Of a stretch of DNA of 32,000 nucleotides, positions 1-8,235 are shown in pieces. A model generated the notes under the pieces. It did no database searches. It saw only the letters and a list, made by a program, of their open reading frames with translations, and had not been told where the DNA came from. The stretch is from Opitutales bacterium (GTDB taxonomy: Bacteria > Verrucomicrobiota > Verrucomicrobiia > Opitutales > UBA9783): contig JBKSMP010000024.1 of NCBI GenBank assembly GCA_046881885.1, positions 1 through 32,000 of the forward strand, written 5' to 3'. How positions within the stretch are numbered: position 1 is the stretch's first letter; each line of letters starts with the position of its first letter. Position numbers and translations under genes: made by a program.

Positions 1-362
1 GGGGCGACTCGAAGCCTCCCTAGTTTTTAGTGTTTTTCGCACCTTCATTTTGAGTGTCATCACTATTTTAATTCTATTAAAATTAAAATTGCTTGTAAAG
101 AAATTTTCCATGCAAGAACGCAATTATTTTATGCAAAAGAACTCATGGATCATCCATTTTTTCTTTTTATTGTTTTTTAAGTTTTTAACACTTAATAGCC
201 TTTACACGCCTTTACGGAAAGGCTTTCAATAATTTATAAAAATCTCTAAAGTACTCTATTAGATATCCTGAAAAAATCAGAGCAAAAAAGCATAAGGAGC
301 AAAGTTAATCCATTCAGCATAATAAAAAAGGTTATAAATTCCAGCAATTGTTCAGAAAATCT

Positions 363-479
363 TTATATAAAAATTGTAAGATGGCCACGGTAGGACGTAC
401 CATTTTTGAGATAGGTGAAAGTGTATTCAATGGCAATTTTGAAGTGAGCAAGTTTGATTTTTTCGGGATTGTTTCGAAG
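363..479 (-). mobile_element. Relic of a DDE-type (IS4/IS5-superfamily-like) transposase C-terminus, copy A
   Basis: The minus-strand frame reads LRNNPEKIKLAHFKIAIEYTFTYLKNGTSYRGHLTIFI*, bounded upstream by a stop at 480-482. The IEYTFxYLK core (E-x6-K spacing, as in the YREK signature of IS4/IS5 transposases) recurs at 16.45-16.5 kb. Hand alignment of the DNA cores (atttttgag.ta.g.gaa.gt.tattcaat) gives about 27/35 identical nt. Confidence 0.35.
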
Positions 480-1156
480 CTAACAAAGAATTTTTTTTGT
501 TTTTCTTTTGCAATACTACAAAAGTTCTATTTACAATTGCTGAAATCAACATATCCGCTAAATCAGATGCTTCCTTGTCTATTGTTTCTAATCCCTAAAA
601 TGTAAGATACGTGGTTTCTTTCAAACAATGGAAATTTTCTCGCTTTATTTCCTCAATCATATTTTACTTCATTAAAACATAATTTCCAAAGGCAAGTTGT
701 TATTCAAAACCAACGTCACAAATGTGACACGGAAGACATATATCTTCTGTTTTAAAGCCTGCTTCATTAAAAATACATTTGATAGGAATGGATATCGTTA
801 TACATTTTGGCATGATTCCACGTTCTTCTTCGCACCTCAAATAACGATGCGCAATTCAACAAACTTACTCAACCGACGCATACATTCCTTCTTGTAAAAT
901 TGCTCGAAAACGTAGTAATTTCGTCCACGATTTCACCAGATCATCCAGTGGTATTTTTTTACTTTGACAGCTTGTGATATCTCATAAGCTTATTTAAGCA
1001 TTTGCTAAAAAAATCCTCATATTCTTGTAAGCTTAATTGTGCATTAAATGAAAAGGTTTTGTCTTGCACCCCTTTTTAATATTGAAATTAAAAGTGTGTA
1101 AAAAAGACTTGCATTATTAAAAAAAATAGTGTTTCGTAAATTTATAGATTTTTGAA

Positions 1157-1233
1157 GGACGGTTAGCTCAGTTGGTTAGAGCTACTGGTTTACACCCAGT
1201 GGGTCGTAGGTTCGAGTCCTACACCGTCCACCA
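1157..1233 (+). tRNA. tRNA-Val, anticodon TAC, with genomically encoded CCA
   Basis: Cloverleaf read by hand. Acceptor GGACGGT/ACCGTCC, D-arm GCTC-AGTTGGTTA-GAGC, anticodon arm ACTGG-TTTACAC-CCAGT (anticodon TAC), variable GGGTC, T-arm GTAGG-TTCGAGT-CCTAC, discriminator A, then CCA. Confidence 0.95.
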
Positions 1234-1298
1234 GTTTGTTTAAGTTTTTCCTATTATAGTTTTACATGAAGGGTAAGTTTTTATCAGCAATCTGTACC

Positions 1299-3095
1299 TT
1301 ATTGGCGAAACAACTCTTCCAAAGAAAGCTTTCGCCAAAGAAGGTTTCCGTTTGGATCTGTAATATGATTTTCACAAGATTCGAGTGTTTGGCGCAATAA
1401 TTCGACTTGTGATTGGTTTTCAATTGTTTCAAAGCGTTTGTAAGGAAGAAGTTTCTTAATCAGAGGTTCAAAAACTTGTTCAAGTGTTTGATTTTGACCA
1501 AATTCCATGAGGTTTTCCACTAATTGTTTTACAAAGAGATCAACTTGTTCTACGGGCAACCATTGTGGAACGGCTTCCAAGACAAATGTATCTTCCGCAG
1601 TAGCTTGCAAACGACACAGCTTTCTTCGATGTAAATGATCGATAGATTCATTCAAACACGCTGCCTGCAAGTGATCTAACTTAAAGGTATGTGGGAACAG
1701 CAAGGTTTGCAAATTCTCTAAACTGCCTTTTTTTAGAGTTTTAAGGATACCGTCATACCAAATACGCATTTGGGCACCTTTACAATTGAGTACAAGTAGG
1801 CTACTTTTTTCGTCAAATAAGGCGTAAGTATTTTGCCAAAGTCCGAAGAATTTCAATTGGATTTTTACAGATTGATTGGCAATTGTATCAGGTGTTTTGG
1901 GTGTAAAACGAAAAGGTGATTTTGAAGGTATAAAAGAGGCTTGTGGACTTGCTTGCTTAAAGTGAATAGAAATGCCACCAGGCGCTTTAGATTGCTTACA
2001 AACCCAATTATCCAAATTTTTAAAATCGTCTTTAGAATTCGTATAAGTAGGATAAGATATGGGTTGCGAAAACGATTGAGCAGATGTAGTGGGATTATTT
2101 CCTGCAGCTTTTTGCAAACATTTTTGGAGGGCTTCTCCAAATACTTGTCGCAATTTGAGCTCATGTTTAAAACGTACCTCACGCTTTGTTGGATGTACAT
2201 TGATATCTACTTCATTTTCTGGAAGTTCCAAAAAGATAAAAACCGAAGGATGGGTTTTAGGGGGTAAATAGGATCGATAACATTCTCGTAAAGTTGATAA
2301 GAAGAATGTACTTGCAATGGGACGCTTATTTAAAAAAATATGGATATCTTGACTACTTGCATATCCAACTCCCGGCGGACAAATAAGCCCCGTAAAGGTT
2401 ATGTTTTCTTGCGTATAATTCAAGGATAACCAATTTTTACAAGCTCTCTTCGGCCAAAGTTCATCAATACGTGCTTCCAATTGTTGACAGCTTGGAGATG
2501 AAAAAATAAGCCGTTCTTCTTGCTTTAGCGTAAAATGGACGTGAGGATAGGCCAATGCGTACAAGCGTACTTGATTTACAATATGCGCACTTTCAGTGGC
2601 TTCCGACTTGAGGAATTTACGACGAACCGGAATGTTGTAAAAAAGTTGTTCGATGGTAAAACTTGTTCCAGGAGGGCATGCACAAGGCTTTTTTTGAACA
2701 ATTTGCCCAGCTTCACTTTCAATTTCAATCCCTAAGTCTTGATCTTTAGCGCGTGTACATAAATGAATTTTAGACACACTTGCAATCGATGGCAAAGCTT
2801 CTCCACGAAATCCAAAGGAATGGAGTGATTGTAAATCTTCTATATGTAGCAATTTGCTGGTTGCATGGCGCTTAAAACAAAGTTCTGCATCAGTTGCATC
2901 CATACCACGACCATTATCACTTACGCGTATAAAAGAAGTTCCTCCCGAACGAAATTGAATATCAATCCGCGTTGCACCTGCATCTAAACTATTCTCTAAT
3001 AACTCTTTGACAACATTCGCGGGTCGCTCAATTACTTCGCCTGCAGCAATCTGATTCGCAACCTTTTCTGGAAGAACAACAATCTTCGCTACCAT
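1299..3095 (-). CDS. mutL: DNA mismatch repair protein MutL (GHKL ATPase N-terminus; C-terminal domain lacks the endonuclease motifs)
   Basis: N-terminus MVAKIVVLPEKVANQIAAGEVIERPANVVKELLENSLDAGATRIDI, DNGRGM and GFRGEAL are classic MutL motifs. The start is placed at the Met at 3095; the ORF extension to 3158 (MSLCKTKILF...) looks spurious. Confidence 0.93.
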   Translation of the reverse strand: MVAKIVVLPEKVANQIAAGEVIERPANVVKELLENSLDAGATRIDIQFRSGGTSFIRVSDNGRGMDATDAELCFKRHATSKLLHIEDLQSLHSFGFRGEALPSIASVSKIHLCTRAKDQDLGIEIESEAGQIVQKKPCACPPGTSFTIEQLFYNIPVRRKFLKSEATESAHIVNQVRLYALAYPHVHFTLKQEERLIFSSPSCQQLEARIDELWPKRACKNWLSLNYTQENITFTGLICPPGVGYASSQDIHIFLNKRPIASTFFLSTLRECYRSYLPPKTHPSVFIFLELPENEVDINVHPTKREVRFKHELKLRQVFGEALQKCLQKAAGNNPTTSAQSFSQPISYPTYTNSKDDFKNLDNWVCKQSKAPGGISIHFKQASPQASFIPSKSPFRFTPKTPDTIANQSVKIQLKFFGLWQNTYALFDEKSSLLVLNCKGAQMRIWYDGILKTLKKGSLENLQTLLFPHTFKLDHLQAACLNESIDHLHRRKLCRLQATAEDTFVLEAVPQWLPVEQVDLFVKQLVENLMEFGQNQTLEQVFEPLIKKLLPYKRFETIENQSQVELLRQTLESCENHITDPNGNLLWRKLSLEELFRQ

Positions 3096-3220
3096 ACTTC
3101 TTAGACAATAGCTTTTTACAAGAAATGCAAATAAAATCTTAGTTTTGCACAAAGACAAAACTCAAACTTCGAAACATCAACGAAAAAGAAAGCCTTACAA
3201 AACTTTCCCTCTAACAAACC

Positions 3221-4066
3221 TCAAAATAAGGCGCTAGCAGCAGCTCCAACAGCTGTAACAGGGCCTGAATTGGAGAGGTTATCAACGGCTTTTTCGACTT
3301 TACCAAGAGCTGATTCTGCTTTCTTATAGAGACCATCCTCAGAAATAATACGTCCTAAAGTACTCTTTTCGTTATTTAACTTTTCAGAAAAGTCTTCGAT
3401 GTTTTTCATGATATTTTCGAAAGATTGTGCTATTTCTGGATCTGAAATAAGTTTTCCAATCAAACCTTTGCTGGCTTTAATGTCGTCAAACAATGCGTCC
3501 ACCTTATTAGCAGCTGCTTTAATTGATTGCACCATTTCAACAAATTCTGTATAAGCTTGATCTTCACTCATGAGACGTCCTAAAGTACCTTTACCTGCTG
3601 CAAGTCCTGCCAACAATTGATCAAGACGATCACCGATATTACTAAATTTTTGCACAACAACCGAAACATCATTGGCTTGTTTCGTATTCAAAAACGCAGA
3701 ATCTTGAACTGGTTTAGTAGAATCTCCTGGCACAATAGAAACATAGTTAGCACCTAGCAATCCTGCCATCAAAATCGTAGCAGTAGAATCCTCGGGTATA
3801 GCATACTTTTTTTCAATACTGAGAACAGCAACCGCCAAATCCTTATTAAGATAGGTTTGCACAACACTACCTACACGGACACCCGCCACACGAACATCGT
3901 CCCCAACTTGCAACTGTTTTAAGTCTGTAAACAAAGCTTTTATATGATAACTATCGTGTCTCGCTACCGATAAGCGCGTGAGCGATGAGTACACAATGTA
4001 CATTAAGAAAAAACCAAAAAAGGTAAATAAAGCAACACGGATACTGTCAGAATATTTTATTTTCAT
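3221..4066 (-). CDS. mlaD: MlaD/MCE-family substrate-binding component of the Mla-type ABC lipid transporter
   Basis: N-terminal TM helix followed by an MCE core (LQVGDDVRVAGVRVGSV). The C-terminus repeats a (G/S)TLGRL(M/I)SED / GLIGKLISDPE motif. There is a 4-nt ATGA overlap with the upstream ATPase gene. Confidence 0.8.
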   Translation of the reverse strand: MKIKYSDSIRVALFTFFGFFLMYIVYSSLTRLSVARHDSYHIKALFTDLKQLQVGDDVRVAGVRVGSVVQTYLNKDLAVAVLSIEKKYAIPEDSTATILMAGLLGANYVSIVPGDSTKPVQDSAFLNTKQANDVSVVVQKFSNIGDRLDQLLAGLAAGKGTLGRLMSEDQAYTEFVEMVQSIKAAANKVDALFDDIKASKGLIGKLISDPEIAQSFENIMKNIEDFSEKLNNEKSTLGRIISEDGLYKKAESALGKVEKAVDNLSNSGPVTAVGAAASALF

Positions 4067-4854
4067 GATAATAACGAAATAAATTGTGGATGTTGAATGT
4101 TAATGGTGGGATTCAAAAAGTTTTGCACAAATGGATTTTGCGACTTTAACAAAGATTCCGGAGTATAAATTTCCTTCAAACTCCCGTCTTGGAGCACACC
4201 GATGTGGTTACCAATGGAACGAGCAAGTATAATATCGTGAGAAACTGCCAAAGTCGTAATCCCAAGCTTTTTATTGACATAACCAATAATCTCGATGATA
4301 GAAGCTGCCGTAATGGGATCTAATTCTGAAGTGGGTTCATCAAATAAGAGAATATCAGGCTCCATTAACAAACCACGCGCTAAAGCTACACGCTTTTTCA
4401 TACCACCCGATAAACTCGAAGGCATCAAATCAGCCGTATTATTAAGTCCCAACAAATCTAGCACCTTGGCAATACGCTTACCAATTTCTGCTTCATCATA
4501 AAGTGCATGTTCTCTAAAATAAAGAGCTAAATTATCGAAAACAGTCATGGAATTGAAGAGCGCACCTGCCTGAAAAACCAAACCAATGACAAAGCGATTT
4601 TCTTTTTTAACTTGTTGTAAAGGGATTCCATTAATCGTAATACTTCCAGACGATAACGAGTCTAAACCTGCTAACAACTTTAAAAACACACTTTTACCCG
4701 TTCCACTAGGCCCCATAAGGACGAAGACCTCACCTGCTTCAACGCTTAAATTAAGATCTTTGAGAACTTCATGCGTTCCAAACTGCTTCCCCACATGAGC
4801 AACTTCGATAGAAACCGCCGACTTTTTTAAATGATTTTTTTCGAAAAGCGTCAT
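4063..4854 (-). CDS. mlaF: ABC transporter ATP-binding protein, MlaF-like
   Basis: Walker A GPSGTGKS, signature LSGGMKKRVALA, Walker B ILLFDEPTSELD. Lies between the MlaE-like and MlaD-like genes. Confidence 0.9.
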   Translation of the reverse strand: MTLFEKNHLKKSAVSIEVAHVGKQFGTHEVLKDLNLSVEAGEVFVLMGPSGTGKSVFLKLLAGLDSLSSGSITINGIPLQQVKKENRFVIGLVFQAGALFNSMTVFDNLALYFREHALYDEAEIGKRIAKVLDLLGLNNTADLMPSSLSGGMKKRVALARGLLMEPDILLFDEPTSELDPITAASIIEIIGYVNKKLGITTLAVSHDIILARSIGNHIGVLQDGSLKEIYTPESLLKSQNPFVQNFLNPTINIQHPQFISLLS

Positions 4855-4859
4855 GATAA

Positions 4860-5603
4860 TTATAGAAGAAGTTTAGTTACAAAATAATCCAAGGTTAAAA
4901 TAGCCACCATCGTTTGCACAAGCGTACTCGTTACAGAAGCACCAATTTCGCGAGGTCCACCTTGGGTTCTCATCCCAATTGAACAGCTCATCAAAATAAT
5001 CGTTAGCGCAAAAATTTCCGATTTTATAAGCCCATCGGTAATACTGTCAATATCCACATACTGCTTTAAACTGCGCCAATAAATTCCTCCGTCGATTGAA
5101 ATAACATCCACCGTTTTTACCACAAACCAACCACCAATCCAGCCAAGAACATTAGAAAACATCGTTAAGAATGGCATCATCAGTAAACCGCCAACAATGC
5201 GAGGCATAACCAAAAGACGTACGGGTGACAAATTCATGGTACGCAAGGCATCAATTTCTTGATAAACAGACATCGAAGCTAACTCTGCAGTAATGGCAGA
5301 TCCTACACGTCCTGTTAGTAAAAACGCCGTCATTAAAGGCCCTAATTCGCGACACATTGAAAGTCCAACAATGCTTCCTAAAAATGTTTGAGCTCCAGGT
5401 AGTTTACTTAGGCTATATCCCGTTTGCAAGGCCAAAATACCACCGATAAACAAACTTAAAATGCCAACAATTGGAAACGTTTTATACCCCATATTACAGC
5501 TATGATCCAAACAGCGCGAAAGTTGACGTGGCAAATAGCTCAATTCCTTCAAGGAATGCCAAAACAAGCTAAATGCATAATGCCAATCTTTTAATATCTT
5601 CAT
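4860..5603 (-). CDS. mlaE: ABC transporter permease, MlaE-like
   Basis: Polytopic membrane protein with the MlaE-family stretch RELGPLMTAFLLTGRVGSAITAELASM..YQEIDALRTM. There is a 4-nt overlap with the upstream 470-aa gene. Confidence 0.88.
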   Translation of the reverse strand: MKILKDWHYAFSLFWHSLKELSYLPRQLSRCLDHSCNMGYKTFPIVGILSLFIGGILALQTGYSLSKLPGAQTFLGSIVGLSMCRELGPLMTAFLLTGRVGSAITAELASMSVYQEIDALRTMNLSPVRLLVMPRIVGGLLMMPFLTMFSNVLGWIGGWFVVKTVDVISIDGGIYWRSLKQYVDIDSITDGLIKSEIFALTIILMSCSIGMRTQGGPREIGASVTSTLVQTMVAILTLDYFVTKLLL

Positions 5604-7012
5604 AATACTTTCAAATCTTTCCTAGGTCTATCCTTTTTCTTTAATGTAAACCAAAAGACACGAAAAGACTTTTCTTCCTTTATTCTCTTATATTCCAATA
5701 ATCCTTTCAATAAAGAAAAATACTTTTCTTGGGGTTTATTCTTATATTCTAGAAAAATAGAATACTTCAAATGTTGCCCTAAAGGATCTTGTTTTTCGTA
5801 AAAAAGCTTGAAAAGAAAACTTTGACGAATCGTATTTCCGTCTTTTTCGTAACGATACAAGCTAAATAATGGCGTATAAATCTCTCTTATCATCTTATTA
5901 TTTGGAAAAAACACTTCGAAAGGACTCAAGGCTTGCACCTGTTCGTGTCCTTTACCATTGTTCCAATAACTATAGAACGGCCAAAAGTGAGTTTTATTTC
6001 CTAAAAATTCACCTGTTTGTGCATTTTTTTGTTCTTGATGCCAAAATAAAAAGTAGAGAAACTGCTCTTGATGAATCGCTACTGATTGTTCAATCCAATT
6101 CTGTTGCTTGATAAATGGCCACAAAAACCATTCTTTATTAGATTTATGCGCTTTGTTTTCAGAATAGGTATGAAATGGAGCCCAACGATTGATTAAACGA
6201 GTATCCCCTCTTCCTTGGACCCATAAAGGCCATAAAATACGATGTTCTTCATAATGCGGATGCTTTTCCCAGCGATGTCCCCATATAGGCCAAATAATCG
6301 ATAGATCTTTTACATTTGCAGTTTTTTCATAAGCGTAAAGCGGTAAAAATCCAGTCTTTAAGCTTTCTTCAGGCTGCCAATATTGGTGTCTATAAAATAG
6401 AGGCCATATCGCGTAACGCTCGTCATAAGCATTTTCTTTATAAAAATGTCCTCCCAAAGGCCACAAAGCAAAACCTTGACTATCACCTTTGCGAACCGTA
6501 ACAAAGGGCCAAGGAGTCCAATAATTCACTTGTTCTCCCTTGTACGTTTTAATCCATAAAGGCCATAAAAACCAATCCGATCGATCTTTACCTAAAAAGT
6601 TCTTAACGGTTCCACCTAAAGGCCATACAGCTGCGTAATCGCTTTCAAGCCCATAACCTTTTCTAAAAAAACCAAAAGGCAAAAACTGACCTTCTCGATA
6701 TTGTTTTTCAGAAGAAAAACGCCAATCATAATTGAACAATCCAAAAAAATTACTCCAACAAATACGTTCTTTTTCTCGATAATCTCGCCCGAAAGGATAT
6801 AAAAAATAACTTTCAGTTCGTTCTTCTCCTACAGACTTGTATTGAACACCAAACGGCCTTAAAAATTGTACTGTTTCGGCATTATTTGATTTTTTTTCAA
6901 CAATGGGATAAAAACAATTTTCAGTTTGTTCTTCACATTTATTGGCCAATAAATACCCAACAGACATCCCTAAATAATAAAAAAGGATTCTGTTTTTTTT
7001 TAAGAAGAACAT
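5600..7012 (-). CDS. Uncharacterised Trp-Pro repeat protein (470 aa), first gene of the mlaE-F-D operon
   Basis: Long uninterrupted ORF whose composition matches the neighbouring core genes. It has a hydrophobic N-terminus (ILFYYLGMSVGYLLA) and about 20 repeats of an aromatic-W/L-P-(L/F/I)-(W/G/F) motif. Its stop overlaps the mlaE start. I recognise no known family. Confidence 0.8.
   Translation of the reverse strand: MFFLKKNRILFYYLGMSVGYLLANKCEEQTENCFYPIVEKKSNNAETVQFLRPFGVQYKSVGEERTESYFLYPFGRDYREKERICWSNFFGLFNYDWRFSSEKQYREGQFLPFGFFRKGYGLESDYAAVWPLGGTVKNFLGKDRSDWFLWPLWIKTYKGEQVNYWTPWPFVTVRKGDSQGFALWPLGGHFYKENAYDERYAIWPLFYRHQYWQPEESLKTGFLPLYAYEKTANVKDLSIIWPIWGHRWEKHPHYEEHRILWPLWVQGRGDTRLINRWAPFHTYSENKAHKSNKEWFLWPFIKQQNWIEQSVAIHQEQFLYFLFWHQEQKNAQTGEFLGNKTHFWPFYSYWNNGKGHEQVQALSPFEVFFPNNKMIREIYTPLFSLYRYEKDGNTIRQSFLFKLFYEKQDPLGQHLKYSIFLEYKNKPQEKYFSLLKGLLEYKRIKEEKSFRVFWFTLKKKDRPRKDLKVL
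5639..6865 (-). repeat. Coding array of about 20 degenerate ~20-aa repeats (FLYPFG, FLPFG, VWPLGG, LWPLW, PWPF, LWPLGG, IWPLF, FLPLY, IWPIWG, LWPLW, WAPF, LWPF, FWPF, LSPF, YTPLF ...)
   Basis: The motifs recur every 17-24 residues through residues 50-458. At DNA level the identical 17-mer ccataaaggccataaaa occurs at 6221-6237 and 6554-6570, both encoding LWPLW. Confidence 0.8.
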
Positions 7013-7018
7013 TTATAA

Positions 7019-7047
7019 ACTATACCTCATAAAAAACTTAGGGTCAA
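7019..7047 (-). promoter_or_regulatory. Predicted sigma70-type promoter TTGACC-N17-TATAGT directly abutting the start codon of the repeat-protein/mla operon
   Basis: On the minus strand: ttgacc (7047-7042), a 17-nt spacer, tatagt (7024-7019), then ttataa and the ATG (7012-7010). The A of the ATG lies 7 nt after the -10 hexamer, and there is no Shine-Dalgarno sequence. Confidence 0.45.
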
Positions 7048-7195
7048 GCATTATTTCCTTTCTCAAACTTTTATAACAACACTCGTTGTAAAAATTAACA
7101 AAAGAAGCATTACCTGCCCAAACGATCACTACGAGATCTAAAAAAAATTGATCGAAAATTGTTCCGATCTAAGCTCTAGAGTGAAATTCTATTAT

Positions 7196-7496
7196 TAGGA
7201 AGGTGGTATGATCGTTGGCAATGACGTTTGGATCGGTCACAACGCTGTCATTATACCAGGGGTTACCATCGGTGATGGAGCCATTATTGCCGCAGAATCA
7301 ATTGTAACTTCTACGGTACCTCCCTACTCCATCTATGGTGGCAATCCCGCTAAATGCATCCGTAAGCGTTTCGACGAAGACACGATTCAGCTTCTCTTAG
7401 ATCTCCAAATGATGGGATTGGCCTTACGAAAAACTTACGCAATACCTTCCGGTCATCTTTTGGACCGATACAAAAGCTCTTAGGAAGCTTTTGTAG
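7196..7496 (+). pseudogene. Decayed xenobiotic acetyltransferase (XAT; Vat/CatB-type hexapeptide-repeat) gene: 5'-truncated, frameshifted and carrying an internal TGA
   Basis: [66 protein letters not shown] matches the C-terminal half of Vat/CatB enzymes. An in-frame stop lies at 7196-7198 and no N-terminal half precedes it. The expected WWDWP motif appears only in the +1 frame as [18 protein letters not shown] (TGA at 7410-7412), running to a stop at 7494-7496. Confidence 0.75.
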
Positions 7497-7533
7497 ATCT
7501 ATAGCTACCTCTGTAAGTTTATTATTTTAAAAA

Positions 7534-8235
7534 TCAAGGTAATGGCATTGGGTACATTTCTTGTTCTCCACATAAGACTTTGTATGCAATTCCACAATCT
7601 CCTAATTTTATAATCATGTTAGCCATATGCTTTAATGTCCATTTGTGATCAATAAAATTTGTAAAATTATAAAATAATAATTGCATATCTACTAAAATAG
7701 ACCTATGCCTAACATAAAATAATGCTAAACGAGATTTAATGGGGCGACATCGAGTAAAATAAGCATCATATGGATCTTCATAGTTAGCTAAGAAATTTTC
7801 CATTTTTGACAAAAACAAAGATGCAAAATCTGATATACCCGGGCTAACATCAACAATATGCTTTTCATTTTCTGTAAAACTTTCATACTCAGATATTAAT
7901 TGAGGTCTAGGACCAATTAACAAAATATCTCCTTTAATTACGTTTATAAGCTGAAAAAACTCATCCAATTTTAAAGTTCTTACAAATTTTCCAATAGGTG
8001 TAATTCTTTTATCATTTACTGCAGTTGCAACTATATTTATCGAATCAGCTTGATAAACCATAGATCTTAATTTAATCATTCGAAATAATTTTCCATTTTT
8101 TCCAACTCTATACGGAGTATAAAAAGGATTTTTACCGTCATATACCCAAACTAAAATAGTTATTAGCAACAAAATCGGACTTAAAATTATAAAAATTATA
8201 AGCGCAAGTATTCTTTGAAAAAAACTCCAAATCAT
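7534..8235 (-). CDS. Small monotopic phosphoglycosyl transferase (bacterial sugar transferase family; PglC/EpsL/WbaP-C-terminal type)
   Basis: A single N-terminal hydrophobic helix (ILALIIFIILSPILLLITILVWV) followed by FRMIKLRSM, LKLDEFFQLINVIKGDILLIGPRP. It is the last gene of the cassette and overlaps the aminotransferase gene by 4 nt. Confidence 0.85.
   Translation of the reverse strand: MIWSFFQRILALIIFIILSPILLLITILVWVYDGKNPFYTPYRVGKNGKLFRMIKLRSMVYQADSINIVATAVNDKRITPIGKFVRTLKLDEFFQLINVIKGDILLIGPRPQLISEYESFTENEKHIVDVSPGISDFASLFLSKMENFLANYEDPYDAYFTRCRPIKSRLALFYVRHRSILVDMQLLFYNFTNFIDHKWTLKHMANMIIKLGDCGIAYKVLCGEQEMYPMPLP

Noticed and set aside
1-40. Window start ggggcgactcgaag... resembling the GGGGC 5' end of tmRNA
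   Set aside because: No tRNA-like acceptor/T-arm partner, resume codon or tag reading frame follows. The resemblance is limited to five bases.
208-235. Hairpin gccttt-acgg-aaaggc followed by tttcaataattt (possible terminator)
   Set aside because: The stem is only 6 bp, the T-tract is weak, and no upstream gene is visible in the window to terminate.
1865-2271. Antisense and alternative-frame ORFs inside mutL. Similar shadow ORFs lie inside other genes (e.g. 4295-4798, 13732-14548, 15918-16322, 20522-22196, 28500-31457).
   Set aside because: These are shadow ORFs wholly inside well-supported genes. They have low-complexity or implausible sequences and no independent signals.
3096-3158. 21-codon N-terminal extension of the mutL ORF (MSLCKTKILFAFLVKSYCLRS)
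   Set aside because: Conserved MutL sequence begins at the Met at 3095 (MVAKIVVLPEKVANQIAAGEV), and the extension has no counterpart in MutL proteins.
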